From Corallochytrium limacisporum Hawaii (taxonomy: Eukaryota > Protista > Pluriformea), in assembly GCA_002811645.1 (NCBI GenBank), contig PDIP01000028.1, positions 62,001 to 126,000 of the forward strand: a stretch of 64,000 nucleotides of DNA, in the 5' to 3' direction. Positions 10,668 to 22,900 of the stretch are shown piece by piece. Each line of letters begins with the position of its first letter. Positions within the stretch are counted from its first letter, which is position 1. The notes beneath the pieces are model-generated. The model worked only from the letters and a program-made list of their open reading frames with translations, did no database searches and was not told the origin of the DNA. The translations under genes and the position numbers were made by a program.

Positions 10668-11373
10668 GGTTGCGGTCAGTAGTTTCTTTCTCTCTTCCAA
10701 AGCAAAAAAAAGGATACTTGGTCGCAGTAGTTTGTAGGTTGGAGTTCAGATCTTCCGTATCTCTTGACACACTGCAAAGCGAAAGGAGAACCGTGCCGAC
10801 CTTGAAGGACCCATTCTCTGGCTCTGAACCTTGTATGAATCTCCGCGTGTATTTATGCGTGGGTGGGTGCCAGTGGTCACATTCCACAGAAGACACGGCC
10901 AGAAAGTAAAGCAATGGACATCCAAGGGATGAGCGAGAAAGAGAGAGTGATCGAGAGCGCCACCAAACCCGGTGATCGCGTATGGACAAACCCCCCTCCC
11001 CAAAACTTTGGGTAGGGACCGATGGGTTCCCGGCCCGCAACCTTCCCCGGAGGGAAGGGAGGGGGGGGGTCGCGGCCCCTTCCTTTCTTCTCCCCCCTCC
11101 CCGGGGGGCGGGAAGGGGTGGCCCACTTCCAAGCAGCTTCGCTCCCCGGGAACTCTCTCTCTTTCTTTGCCTTTTCTTTTTTCTTTTGGGGGTTCCTTGG
11201 TCGTTCGCTGTTTTGCCTTTTTCACCGAGCCTTTTGGCTTTTTGGCTGCTGTTTTTTCTTTTTTTTGTTTCTTTTTCTTCGTTTTCTCTTTCTTCCCTTG
11301 TGACATTCTTCAAGAAAAACTCCTTCCGTTCGGGAGTGGGTGGGTGACCGAGGACATTAAATCAGGCCCCAGG

Positions 11374-12010
11374 CACACACACACACACACACTCTCTCTC
11401 TCGCTTTGTTATCGCTTTCCGTGATTTCTATCCCGCCTCCCCCCTTCCTTCTCCATTTCCCCGCGCGTGACGGGGTATTTTCCATGGCGCACGTATGGGA
11501 TATTTCCCAAGGAATGCATCGGTGTTTACCTTTTTCTTTGTTCTCTCTCTCTCCCCCTTGCGCAGAGAGTCTGTTGTTTTTTTTTATCTTTTTTTTTTTT
11601 GCGGGTGGCAGCGTATCACGAGCACGGGCCTTGTCTCTGTTTCGGTGTCGTGGCATACGCCCGGGGCCCCCGGTGGGAGGGGGGTTTTCTCTGTGTGTGT
11701 GTGTGTGTGTGACTCTTTCATTGTCGGCGGCTTCTCTCCAGCACAGCTTTGTGTGTGTGTGTGTGTGTGTGTGCCCAAGCAGCACCGAGCACGAAGATTG
11801 ACGACAACGACGACTTGGGGTGGAAATTACTTAACCCCCCCCAACCGCGTTCGGTCGCGCACCGGCGTGAGTATGAATGGTGGTGCGGTGGGTGGTGCTG
11901 ATTGAAGGAAGGGTTGCGGGTGAGAGGTGTGTGTGTGTGTGTGTGAGCAAATGATAGGAAAAAGTACGTTTCGAACAGACTGGCTATCGCTGCCTCTCTC
12001 TCTCTCTCTC
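11374..12010. repeat. Cluster of (CA)n/(GT)n/(CT)n microsatellites in the UAP1-ABCG intergenic region
   Basis: Tracts at about 11374-11401, 11692-11711, 11750-11772, 11927-11944 and 11994-12010. Confidence 0.9.
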
Positions 12011-12622
12011 TTTCTCTTCGTATCACCGCCCTCGTGGGGAGGGGGAAGCGCCACCCGAGAACCCCGTGGACATTGTGCGAAGGAAGAGAGATCTGTGTTG
12101 GTGTGTGTGCTTTTCAATTGCCAAAGACTCAGGTGTCCCGGTGTTCCCTGAAACGACCCAGAGGGTAGCGCCGCACCATCGTCCCGACTTCTCTCCTCCT
12201 CTGGTGGTGTCTCCCTTAGCAATTACCGGAGTCTAATTTCATGGCAAGGGCGGCGGGTGGCTTTCGGGGAAAAAGAATTCCAAGTGGCCCCCCCCCCCGG
12301 GGGGGGGAACCTAAAAAGGAACAACAACGGCCCCCCCCCGGGTCCCCCCCTCCGGTCTTGGAAGAGGGAGAAGAGGAGGGGGGGGGAGGGGGTGGGGCGC
12401 CGATCCACCCGTCTGGTTTAAAAAAAAAGCAGAGTGTGGGGAGCAAGGCAGCACTTGTAGGCCGCGCGCACACACACACACACACCATCATCCGCAAAAC
12501 TCGCAGAAAGTCCCCAACAGGGAAGCAAAAGGTAACTCTTGGGAGAGTCGAAATGACTGACCCGGATCTAACTGAAACACTTATTACTTTACTTAATTGC
12601 CAGGGGTGGAGTTGCTTCCGAT

Positions 12623-15600
12623 TCACTTGCGGCGGTTGCTCAACGGGTTTTCTGATATGAACAGATCTTCTTCCTCGATGCTGCCACGGGTACCCATGAG
12701 GTACGCACCGGGACTGCGAATGGTAGCACCGGTGGCACTTCCAGCAGCCATGCCAGCATTACGGTCGTAATAGTCACTCTCCTGGCGAGCCACGGAGTGA
12801 GGTTGAATGGTTTCTGGCCGTCGATTGTGGGCCTGCCGTGGTTGCTGTGGCTGTGGCCGTGCCGGCGAGACTGATTCTCCTGCCAACGTGCCCTGACTGC
12901 GAACGAGGGGTGCCTTGCTTCCAAACAGAGAAGCATCTGACCCATGTGTACCCGTAGCCCCACTTGATGTCGAGTCCCTGACATCAATGACCGATCCACT
13001 CACTCCGGAGGGCAAGGGGTAGCCAGCACTGCCCAAAGTAACTTGGGACGACGGGGGACTGCCACCGTCCAAACCCATCTTCTTCTCCTCAACATCGTGT
13101 ACTGCATCGCTATCCATGACAGTCTCGTGTTCCTCCACTTTCTTCTTCCCCTTGAGCTGACGCACATACTTCCGAAGCCCGCCGTAGGGCAGCAGTCGGG
13201 AGACGTACTCTAGGCCAAGGAACGCAAAGAAGCGCATCAGCGCACCCAGGACAACCATGATACCGCAGTTTCGCAGTGCAACGCCGCTCTCAAAGCCTGT
13301 CAGATCGTTCTGAGCCTGCTGTACAAACTCGCGCTCGAATTCTGGTAGTGCCGAGGCCTCCGTGTCCAGGAGCGCCTCAATTGCCCAGCGCAGATAGGAC
13401 GGAAACAGAACAAAGTTGGCATTTGCTTCTTGCAGATCCCGCCGGCTCGGCTCCTCTAGTCCAGCCAGCACAAAAGTCATGACCACGGGCAGCAATAGAC
13501 CCACAAACTTGGCCACCTCTGGCGAAGCCAGTACACTGATCAGGTAGCCGTAGCCGGTAGCAGCGTAACTCATAGTCAACCAGATAAGGTAGTACTGCGC
13601 CACGGATCCGGGTGGCATCACAAAAGCAATCCATATGGCTGTGTACACAAGCGGCACCACCGTTACTTCAGGAAAGAGGTAGGCAAGATCCCGAGACAGG
13701 AAGAGTGCACTCATGCGCTGACCAGCAAAGGCGTTGCGTCGGATCAGTGCTTTGTCATCGCCAAAGATTTTGAGAGAACTCAGAGTCATGAGCACCGCGA
13801 GCATCAGCGAGGATAACAGAAAATCCGCCCGGGGCGTGAAACGGAAGGCCATGCCTAAGATGAAGCCAGCAATCAGAGCACCCCATACTTCGGTCTCGAC
13901 CCGGGGTAGGGCCTTAATCTTTGCAGTGAGGACTTGACGCAGGTGCCATATAAGGTGCAGGGGCCATTCCACGAGGTTGCGGCTGGCACTGATGTGGTTC
14001 CTGGGTTGGGATCCATTGCTACTGTCCATGTTTGGTGCCCCATCTAAGACACTGTCATCAGCTGCTGATGACTCGATGTCGGTCTCTTTCCTCTTCTTCA
14101 TCTCATCACCAACCTGGTTTTTATCATCACCGGAGGGATGTTCCTTGTCAATCTGTCCCAACCGCTTCTGTAGTACCTCCTCCATATCATCTGCACCGAT
14201 TGTCACTTTGCCAGCGTTGAAACCAAGTGCATCGGCCAGGGCCACCAGCACTGCTTCATCGTCGACATTCACCCCCAAAGATGCTAAGTCTTCGCTTACT
14301 TCGTCGAGAATAGCCCAAAGAGTGCGCTTGCTCTGCGATCCCTGCCAAAGGTTGCGATTGATGGCAATGCTGCGCTTGGCTTCAGTTTGCTGCGTCTGCA
14401 TGAGACGCGCGGTCTGGCGGGGCCCAAGACGATCGAGAGTCTGGTAGACAGTCTCGGGACCAAAATCACCGTTAAACATGGCGGTTGCCTGTGTCCGACC
14501 GAGCGTGCGTTTGCGTCCAGCGTTGGCCATGGTCCGGCGCATGGTGGCACCGAGGGTTGTGGCCGAAGAAGGGCGGGTTGCCGCACTGACATGGCTCTCC
14601 AAAAACTTGTGCATTTCCGCAGTAGACTTGCTGGTGGCGTTGTGCTGATCGCGGATGCTGGTGGCGTTGTGCTGATCGCGGAAACGTTGCCATTGTGTCG
14701 GAACCCATACTGCATACTCTTTGGGGTCTTCCGGTTGCTCCAGCATCATCATGGACTCTGCTCTGTCGGCACGATGCTTACGATGATAGTTTCCATTGCC
14801 ATTGTTGTGCATGTTCCGCTGTCTATACTCCCGCGGGTCTCCTCCTTCTTCCTCCTCTTTCAACACTTCTTCAACTAAAGCGAAGGTGTCAAACTGTGAC
14901 CGGCGGGTGCGACCACGGCTCGTGCGCCTTTGTGTGATTGACTGCATCTCCTGCTCATTCACAGTCTCTGCCGATGGCAATGTGGACGAATTTGACCCCG
15001 AAGATCGCCCACTCAGCACGTCCAAGAAGTAGTCTGCTGGGTTCTCTTTCTCCGGCATGTCCAGGCGCAAGTACCTAATCCACCCCTCCAACAGCGCTGG
15101 CGGTCCCTCGTAGGCCAGCCTTCCACCGTTAGCGAGAATGACGACGTGATCCAGGGCCATGAACGAAGACAAGGCCGGCTGGTGTACCACCGCACAGACT
15201 GTTGTAAAAGTCTGCTGGGCGATGCCCTTCAGCGAATTAGTCAGCATCAGCGCTGTCCATGAGTCTAGGCCAGTGGTTGGTTCGTCCAGGAAGAGCAGAG
15301 TCGGATCTGCCACGAGCTCGAGACCGACATTCAGACGCTTTCGTTGGCCGCCACTGATTCCACGCTCACCACCAGGTCGGCCCGGGTAGCTGTCTGCCAC
15401 ATCAACTAGGTCCAGCAGCAGTAGCGTATCCTCAACCAACGTCTTGATATTCGCCTCTGCTGCCCTAGAGAGACTGAGGCCGTCCAGTGCGTGGTTTCCG
15501 CACTGGTCTCGGAAGCGAAGGCGGGCGCTGTAAGTTAGATTCTCCCGGACTGTTAGATACTCGTGCACGGTGTCATCCTGTGGGACGAAACCAATATCAC

Positions 15601-16852
15601 GGCCGGTTAACGTTGTCATGGACACAGTTTCTTCGGCCTGGCCACGGCCCAAGGTCGCGGATCGGAGTTTCCGAGCGACTTGACCGTGGGTAATGACTGC
15701 TTCACACTGTCCCATCACCTGTCCGTAGGCCTGCGCGCGATTGCACATAACGTTCATAAGGGATGTCTTACCGCACCCGGACGGGCCCATGATAGCTGTG
15801 AAGGCACCGGCAGGCAGGGTCACACTCACGTTGTTGACAATAACCTTTGTCTTCGATGGAGCGGTAGTGGATGACCCGTTTGTTTTCTGCTTAGTCGCTG
15901 CCTTTGCCGCCGCTTTGGCATTCGGGTCCGGAACAGTAAGAAAGACATCCCTGCAGCGAAGGGTCATGGGGCGATCCTTGACCTGCATAGCACGGTTGCG
16001 CATGGTGTACCGAGATAGATCCGCACCCGTGAAATACTCTAGGACGAGATCCAATGCATAGATTCCCCGCCGACTGTCGCTCAGATCTCCCGCAACAATC
16101 ACCCTTCGCTTGTCCATTGGTTTCCGTACTAAATAGCGGAACAGGTACTTGACCGTGACAATGATGGCAATGATCAGCACCAGAATGATAATCGGAAACG
16201 ATGGTGTTGTGGAACCCTCAGGGCACCTTTGTAATGAACCACAGTCCCTTGGATCTACTGTGCCCGCTCTGCAGAAGAATCCCTCTGGACAGATCTCCTG
16301 CCTTCGCATTATCTGTTGGGTGGGCAGGTCCTGTTGGCTCTGAGTTTCATTCCCATCATCCGAATCCACTGATGGCAGAGGGACGGCCAGTAGCACCCCG
16401 CTCCCAGCAGCTGGGTTGCCATCGTCGTAGAATGGATCCAACGGACAGAATGATCCCTCGGCACAGCGCATTGGCTGCATACTGCCTTCCAGGCACACGT
16501 TACCCGGCGATACTACGGTGGTCACGCAGGCATAAGTGGAGGCACCCTCAAATGGTGCACCGTCCGCCTCCGTTGCACCACCAGTCACTGCTGACGGCGT
16601 GGCACCGGCTGGGCACGCATGACCCGCTGGACAGGGCAGCTGGTCTGTCAGAGAGGGACAATACGAGCCACCCGCACAGAGCACCGAAAGAACTGTGCCA
16701 TTGCGCAAGTCTGTGCCCGCAGGGCAGAAACTACCGGGGAGGCATTGTTGGCAGATACCTTCAGGACCCAGAGGATCCGATTCGGGCTCGCAGAATAGTC
16801 CTGCGGCACAGGTACCTTCACCGATCACGCACTCAAAACCCAAGAGGGCCAT
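12623..16852 (-). CDS. ABCG (White-family) half transporter with N-terminal Cys-rich repeat domain and extra TM helix
   Basis: CPxGxxC repeats, TM IIILVLIIAIIVTV, Walker A GPSGCGKT, signature ISGGQRKR, Walker B LLFLDEPT, H-loop VVHQP, ENPADYFLDV, C-terminal ABC2-type membrane domain. Confidence 0.92.
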   Translation of the reverse strand: MALLGFECVIGEGTCAAGLFCEPESDPLGPEGICQQCLPGSFCPAGTDLRNGTVLSVLCAGGSYCPSLTDQLPCPAGHACPAGATPSAVTGGATEADGAPFEGASTYACVTTVVSPGNVCLEGSMQPMRCAEGSFCPLDPFYDDGNPAAGSGVLLAVPLPSVDSDDGNETQSQQDLPTQQIMRRQEICPEGFFCRAGTVDPRDCGSLQRCPEGSTTPSFPIIILVLIIAIIVTVKYLFRYLVRKPMDKRRVIVAGDLSDSRRGIYALDLVLEYFTGADLSRYTMRNRAMQVKDRPMTLRCRDVFLTVPDPNAKAAAKAATKQKTNGSSTTAPSKTKVIVNNVSVTLPAGAFTAIMGPSGCGKTSLMNVMCNRAQAYGQVMGQCEAVITHGQVARKLRSATLGRGQAEETVSMTTLTGRDIGFVPQDDTVHEYLTVRENLTYSARLRFRDQCGNHALDGLSLSRAAEANIKTLVEDTLLLLDLVDVADSYPGRPGGERGISGGQRKRLNVGLELVADPTLLFLDEPTTGLDSWTALMLTNSLKGIAQQTFTTVCAVVHQPALSSFMALDHVVILANGGRLAYEGPPALLEGWIRYLRLDMPEKENPADYFLDVLSGRSSGSNSSTLPSAETVNEQEMQSITQRRTSRGRTRRSQFDTFALVEEVLKEEEEGGDPREYRQRNMHNNGNGNYHRKHRADRAESMMMLEQPEDPKEYAVWVPTQWQRFRDQHNATSIRDQHNATSKSTAEMHKFLESHVSAATRPSSATTLGATMRRTMANAGRKRTLGRTQATAMFNGDFGPETVYQTLDRLGPRQTARLMQTQQTEAKRSIAINRNLWQGSQSKRTLWAILDEVSEDLASLGVNVDDEAVLVALADALGFNAGKVTIGADDMEEVLQKRLGQIDKEHPSGDDKNQVGDEMKKRKETDIESSAADDSVLDGAPNMDSSNGSQPRNHISASRNLVEWPLHLIWHLRQVLTAKIKALPRVETEVWGALIAGFILGMAFRFTPRADFLLSSLMLAVLMTLSSLKIFGDDKALIRRNAFAGQRMSALFLSRDLAYLFPEVTVVPLVYTAIWIAFVMPPGSVAQYYLIWLTMSYAATGYGYLISVLASPEVAKFVGLLLPVVMTFVLAGLEEPSRRDLQEANANFVLFPSYLRWAIEALLDTEASALPEFEREFVQQAQNDLTGFESGVALRNCGIMVVLGALMRFFAFLGLEYVSRLLPYGGLRKYVRQLKGKKKVEEHETVMDSDAVHDVEEKKMGLDGGSPPSSQVTLGSAGYPLPSGVSGSVIDVRDSTSSGATGTHGSDASLFGSKAPLVRSQGTLAGESVSPARPQPQQPRQAHNRRPETIQPHSVARQESDYYDRNAGMAAGSATGATIRSPGAYLMGTRGSIEEEDLFISENPLSNRRK
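14629..14682. repeat. Perfect 27-bp x2 in-frame tandem duplication inside the ABCG CDS (RDQHNATSI RDQHNATSK)
   Basis: tgctggtggcgttgtgctgatcgcgga occurs twice in succession. Confidence 0.92.
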
Positions 16853-19800
16853 AGTTCACCAGTGTCCCTTTCTTCTTCTGCTGGAACTTGTGATGTGGAT
16901 TTCTTTGTTAACCACCCATACTCAATCCATTCTTATTTCAGCCAGATGGTTCTTTGATACTATCACTGCCGATCCCTTTCGGCCTCTATACTGTTCACAT
17001 CACCAAAAGACGATCCTTGGATTGTGGCCTGTCAAGAATGCCTTAGCACCAATGTCGGAACTACCTTCTAAGTGGGCGGAGGATAGTGCCCAGTTGCATT
17101 TGTTCGACGGCATGCGTCCACCATTTTATCTATCCTTTCGGCAGTGTAACACCAACCTTTACCCATATCTGTCAAGCTCAGCAGGCTCCCAAAGACACCC
17201 AGAGTACAGCCTCGCCATGGCGCCGTACGAAAGACGACAAGGGTTCTCCCTGGGTGAAAGGCGCACTTGCCCTCCCCCTTTTCCCCTCTTTGGTCTCCCT
17301 CCTCACTCCCGCCGCCTAGGCCCTTTGCAGCCCCCGGCCTACCCGGGGGGAGCTCTAAACATTCCCCACCCGCGATGTTCCCTTTGCCAAACCTCGCTCT
17401 CCCGGGGGCAGCCTCTCGCACCGTGTGCCTCTTTGGTAACCCTTCTCTCGCGATGCCGGTTAATCGCTGGTCAAGTGTATCCCCGGGGTGTACGGTGGCC
17501 GTTTGTGGACGTGCTGGTGTGCTGCTTCCTTTTCAAAGCCGTCCAAAATGGCGGTATGTACCCCTCTCTGCCTGCGCCTGAACCCATCTTAATTGGACGT
17601 CACGGCCCACGGCGAGAAGGAGGCGAGGTGGAACGAGAAAGAAGCATACAATCCGACCAAAGTGGCTGGCAGAAAAACCAAACGGGAGGAAACTACCGTG
17701 GGCCGTAACGCCAAAGCGTTGCCCTGTGTATGTGAGTGTTGTGTCCGTTATCCATTTTGCGTTGTGTGTTCGGAGGTGTCAGACTTCCCCGGTGTTCCGG
17801 GAGAGATGGAGTAGGAAACCTCATAACCCCGAATTAGAGATCTGTCTGGTCAAAATCACACATTCCCCGCGCCGCAAACCCTCCCCAACTCTCCTGCAGT
17901 CCCCCGTTTTTTTCTCCTACGCGCGTCGGCAATTTTTTTTTCGTGGTCCCCTTCTTTTTCTCCTTCGGTTGATTTTCTTGCACCGCAATTGAAATACCAG
18001 AGCTACCATACAAATGATCTACCGGGGCAGGAGAGATCGCGGGAGAAAGTAAAGGAGAAAACAAAATACGAGAGAGAGAGAGAGAGGAGGATGGGAGAAA
18101 TGCCCAAAACGCGGAGAACAATGAAACAAATACAAAAAGAACGAAAAGCCCTTTCTCCTTCCGGGTCCCTTCCCCAATGCAGCACTTGCTCGGACGGAAA
18201 CAGCATAACTGACCTACACAGAGACAGGGAAGTGGAGGGGGGGGGGACGGAAGAAAAATTTTACTGCTCGGCCCGGTCGACATACGTTCTCAATCTGTCA
18301 TTCTGTCCTGAACCATGACCAAATTCATCACGGCACACGCGAATCGGGAGAGATGGCTGACCGTGCGTGAATGTATTTGTATGTTTGCGTGGGTGTGTCT
18401 AATGTCTCTGTGCCTCTCACCAATCCCAAAAAAAGCAAAGCAACGTCAAAGAAAGGCAGGAGGCAACCGATTGAAGTGGGTGGACGGTCCAGCGCGGGCG
18501 CATAAAGGTACTCAGAGACAGAGAGGTGAGCGCGCGCACAAGAGAAGAGCATACGAGGATTGAGCTCGACATAGACAAGACCAATAGGCCACCAGGCGTC
18601 CTGAAGAGTCCCCGCTGGACTTGTTTTGCATGCAGGGTGCATGCACGAAAACAACAGCTCAAGTTGAGATGCTCCGAGAACGCCAATCCGATGGCATCTG
18701 TTGACCCTCTGGCAGGCTGGCAGGCTGACACGCACGGACTCTTGAGGCTCTATCGGTTCTCCACCGCATAAATTCCTCAGTGCTTGCTCCTGCTACCACT
18801 CACTTACTTCCACCCACACGTCCACGTAAGACGAGCCCGCCAGGGTACCGCGCGTTTCCGGTCGCATGGTAGAGAGCGGTGGCTTACAAGGTTTGGACAC
18901 TCACGGCATCCCCGGCAGCCCTGATGCTTTCATTCGAAATCCGGGTGTAGCCGTAGACTATAATAAATATATGGCATTTTGTGCACAGCCCAAAACGGGT
19001 CATTCGCGTGTTAAACTTTCTACGGTCCCCACCCCAAACGACTGCCCAAATTTTTCTTTCACAGCTTGGATTAAACCCCTAAGTTTCACCCCCCCCTTCT
19101 TCTGGGCCCTGTATTATCAGTGAATCCTCTATAGAATCAATTAAAAATGATGAGGTTTTTGTAACCCTAAGTCCCCGGCAAGAATGTGACGTTCTTGCCG
19201 TCAGAAAGCTAGATCCCCGGGGCCTGCACGGCACGGTGCTCCAGGGACGAAATGACGACGCACATCGGGCAATATTGCATGCTAGCCTCTCTTATATCCT
19301 GAACATTCACTATCCATTCCAGGACCACTGGTCCACGAGACACCTATCTCCACACCTGTGCACACCTCCATCAGGGCGGAGAGAAGTCAAGTGCTTGGGC
19401 ACAGAGCCTACGCGGCGTTGGCCAAAGCGGACCGGGACCGGAAGGCCCCCCCCACCCCCGAAGGATGGAGAAGGAGGAGGCGCCCCTGCGAGAGGCGGGG
19501 GTTGAAGGGGAAGAGGTCCCCAGCGGTCTCGGGTCTCTGTGTGTGCGGTGCGGTGGTCTATCCGGAAGGTACCGCTGGCGCGCTGAACGTACGACATGAG
19601 ACCTAGAATGGAGTCGTTGTGTTTGTGTGAGTGTGTGGGATGTAATCTTGTAAGTGGATCTGGCCAACGTGCGCAGCATTGCCCTTTCCCATCTGTGGGT
19701 CTCAGTCATCATGCTTGGTATGAAAAGGGTTGTTTCATCTGTAGAGGAGCGTGGATCGAGGGCCACATTATTCATGAAGTGACGAAGACTCAGGGCGATC

Positions 19801-19924
19801 TAAAATTTAAGCAACCAGTCAGGTGTAAGCATAGGAAAGAAGGTGATCACAGGAAAAGTGAGAATGGGATGACTGACGCCTAAGGAAATAGTTCTATCGA
19901 CACGGACACGGGATCACTACCACA

Positions 19925-22900
19925 ATGGCTGCCTGTGAAGATGGCGCAGTATGTCTTACGGGTCAATTCTGTGATCTGACCCAACCAAATGCACTTGGTC
20001 TGGGAATCTGCCGGCCTTGCACGTTTGGCATGACCTGCCGTGACGATATCAACTCCGACGGCCCCTCGAACCGCACCGTACGCCAGTCCGTGTCCTCACT
20101 ACTCTGTCCACAGAACTCTTTCTGCGAGGCTCCCTTTGAAGCCCCACGGATCTGTGACGTCGGTCTCTTTTGCTGCTCCGGACATGATCAGATTAACCTC
20201 GCCATCGACTCCACAAATGGTCTTTGCCTGGGGGGCATTTCTGTAGTCCAACAATTCCACGTCTGCGAAAATGATGGCCGATTCTGCGACCCTGGGGACG
20301 CAGAAAACCCGCCACTGCGGCCCTGCGACCTTAATGCGGACGGTACACAGAATTTCTGTCCACGTGAATGCGGGTCACTACCAGACGGTATGCCAGATAG
20401 CACCGGTCGCCTCTGTCGCACAGCAGCGCAGCAAGTTGATTGTCCGGCGGGCCAGTGGTGTCCAATGGGATCCCAGGCGCCGGAGAGTTGTGTCTTTGGC
20501 GATCTGCACTGCACAGACAGTGGGCTCAGCAGCCCTTCCGTCCCATTTGCCGTCTATGGCATTGTTGCGGGGATAGTGTTGGTACTGCTCGGAGCCGTAT
20601 ACGCATTTCCAGCCCTGCGCCGGGTTATCAAAGGGCGCCAGGAAAAGCGGGAGGAAGCCAAGCGCCTGGCAGAGCGACAGGAGCAACTGAAGATCACACA
20701 ACAGGGTGCCATACTTGGATCCATAATGGCAGCCAGTGCGGACACGGATGCAGACACCAATGGTGGACTAGGAAAGGAGAGCAAGGAGGACTCCGTCTAC
20801 GACGGCACAGCGGAAGAGTTTGCCTCAGTGCGCACATATGCTCCCGAAGACGTCGTAAGGGACCGTAAACTACAGGCTGAGCTCTCGGTCCACGCGCGGT
20901 ACGCCGTGGCCCAGCAAGCGCTGGTGCACTTGGGCGCAATTCGACGGGAGTCCGTCTACGTTAGCACAGGCACGTTGCCGATGACTGCGCAGCATTATTT
21001 CAATCATGGCGAGGATAGCCTAGGACATGCATCACCGGCGTCGTCAACGACTCAGTCGACAATGTTGGGTGGCGGTGCCAGCATAGGCACCACTGGGACA
21101 GCAGGGCAACCACCATTCTCGCAGGCTCCTGAGACGGATAGTGTAGACGCCGTGGAAGTGCGTGCCCCTGCAACAGAAATTAAGTTCTCAAATCTTAGCA
21201 TGTGGATCGATCAAGAGGAGACAAAGGCAGAGACCGTCCAACGCTACAAGCAGGCCCTAACCACTTGTTCTCCGTCACTGGCACTCAAAGCACCAAAGGT
21301 CAAAGGGCGGCAAATTTTGCACAATGTATCTGGTCATATCCGCGCAGGTGAATTTGTTGGTATCATGGGTCCGAGCGGCAGTGGCAAGACTACACTGATG
21401 ACAGCCATTATCGGTGACATTGCCAACAATACACAACTGGAGGGTGAGGTAACGGCCACAATCAATGGTGCAGCAACCGCATCCATCAAGAACTACATGG
21501 GATTCGTGCCTCAAAAGGATATCATGAACACGGATCTAACAGTACGGGAGAATGTCTTTTTCTCGGCCATGAAGAATAGTGACCGGCGGTTGACACGGGA
21601 AGAGATTGAAGACACCGTAGACTGGACTCTGGAGATTTTGGACCTCAGCCACGTAGCTCATTCCATCATCGGTGACGAGCTGAAGCGGGGCATCAGTGGT
21701 GGCCAGCGCAAGCGCGTGAATGTGGCAATGGAAATGGCGGCAAAGCCATCAATACTGTTTCTGGACGAGCCAACTAGCGGCCTGGACGCTGGTGCAGCCT
21801 ATGAACTGACTCTGACGCTCAGTCGGTCCGCCCGTAACTTTGGAGTGACCATGGTTGCTGTTCTGCACCAGCCTCGATACCAGGCCTTCCTTGCCATGGA
21901 CCGAGTACTGCTCATGGCCAAGGGTGGGCATTTGGCGTACTTTGGGGAAACACGCAAGGCACTGCAATACTTCCGACATGAGGGATTTCACCAGCTTGTA
22001 GCTGACAACCCGGCGGACTTTGTGCTTGATGTGATCAGTGGCAAGGTAGCGCGACATGTACCCGTAGAAGGCAGTGATGGAGTAGACATCATCCCTTCGA
22101 ACACCAAAGTACCCAAGCAGAATCCATCCCTAGACCGCGTGAAGAAAACCAAGCTCGCACCGCAGGTATCCTTAAACACAGCAGTGAACATGGGTCTGGT
22201 CAAGAAGGTCAGGGTCAGTGCCACTGATGTGGCCAACCTCTGGGATCCTAAAAAATTGAAATCCATAGAAGCCATGACCTACGCTGATGATCCAGGTAAT
22301 CGTAGTGCCCTGATCGAATCACTCTTCCACAAGCGGACGAATCTCGACAGACGCGTAACTGAACCACAGGCGGTGCTCCTGTTGACCCAGGATATGGGCA
22401 TGGGCATGCTACCTGTTGCACAGGTGCATGAAGCCTTCCGGAAGGTGGACTCCGACCACCAGAATGCTATCACATACTCCCAGTTCCTGGCATTGATTAC
22501 TGAACTGGATAAGAGCGGTACACTACAGAAGGCCCTGGCCACACAGCGGCACGAAAATGTGCGCCACTTCCGTCGGACGCGGGCAGTACACGGGCACGAT
22601 CACCACCACCACCACCATCACCACCTGCTGGGCAGGCGCCGGTCCGGGGCGGTACATTCGCCGCAGCAACTGCGCGCCCGACAAGGGCCCGGTCTTCATG
22701 CAAACCCCCTCGCTGGCCATCGCGAAGAATATGACACAGAGACAGAGACAATGACGGGCACAAACACAGGAATCCCACAGCATGAGGAAGACGCGATCAT
22801 TGCCGCTGGTAGTCCCGACGACTTTGCCCGACGTCCGTCCAAAATGCGTCAATTTGTGACCTTACTGCGGGAACTGATAAGTACTGAGTACGTCAAGCGC

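Noticed and set aside
10630-12660. Many overlapping ORFs in the UAP1-ABCG intergenic region (likewise 16900-19900 and 31300-33800)
   Set aside because: They are produced by microsatellites and homopolymers and show no recognisable domains or coding-like composition.
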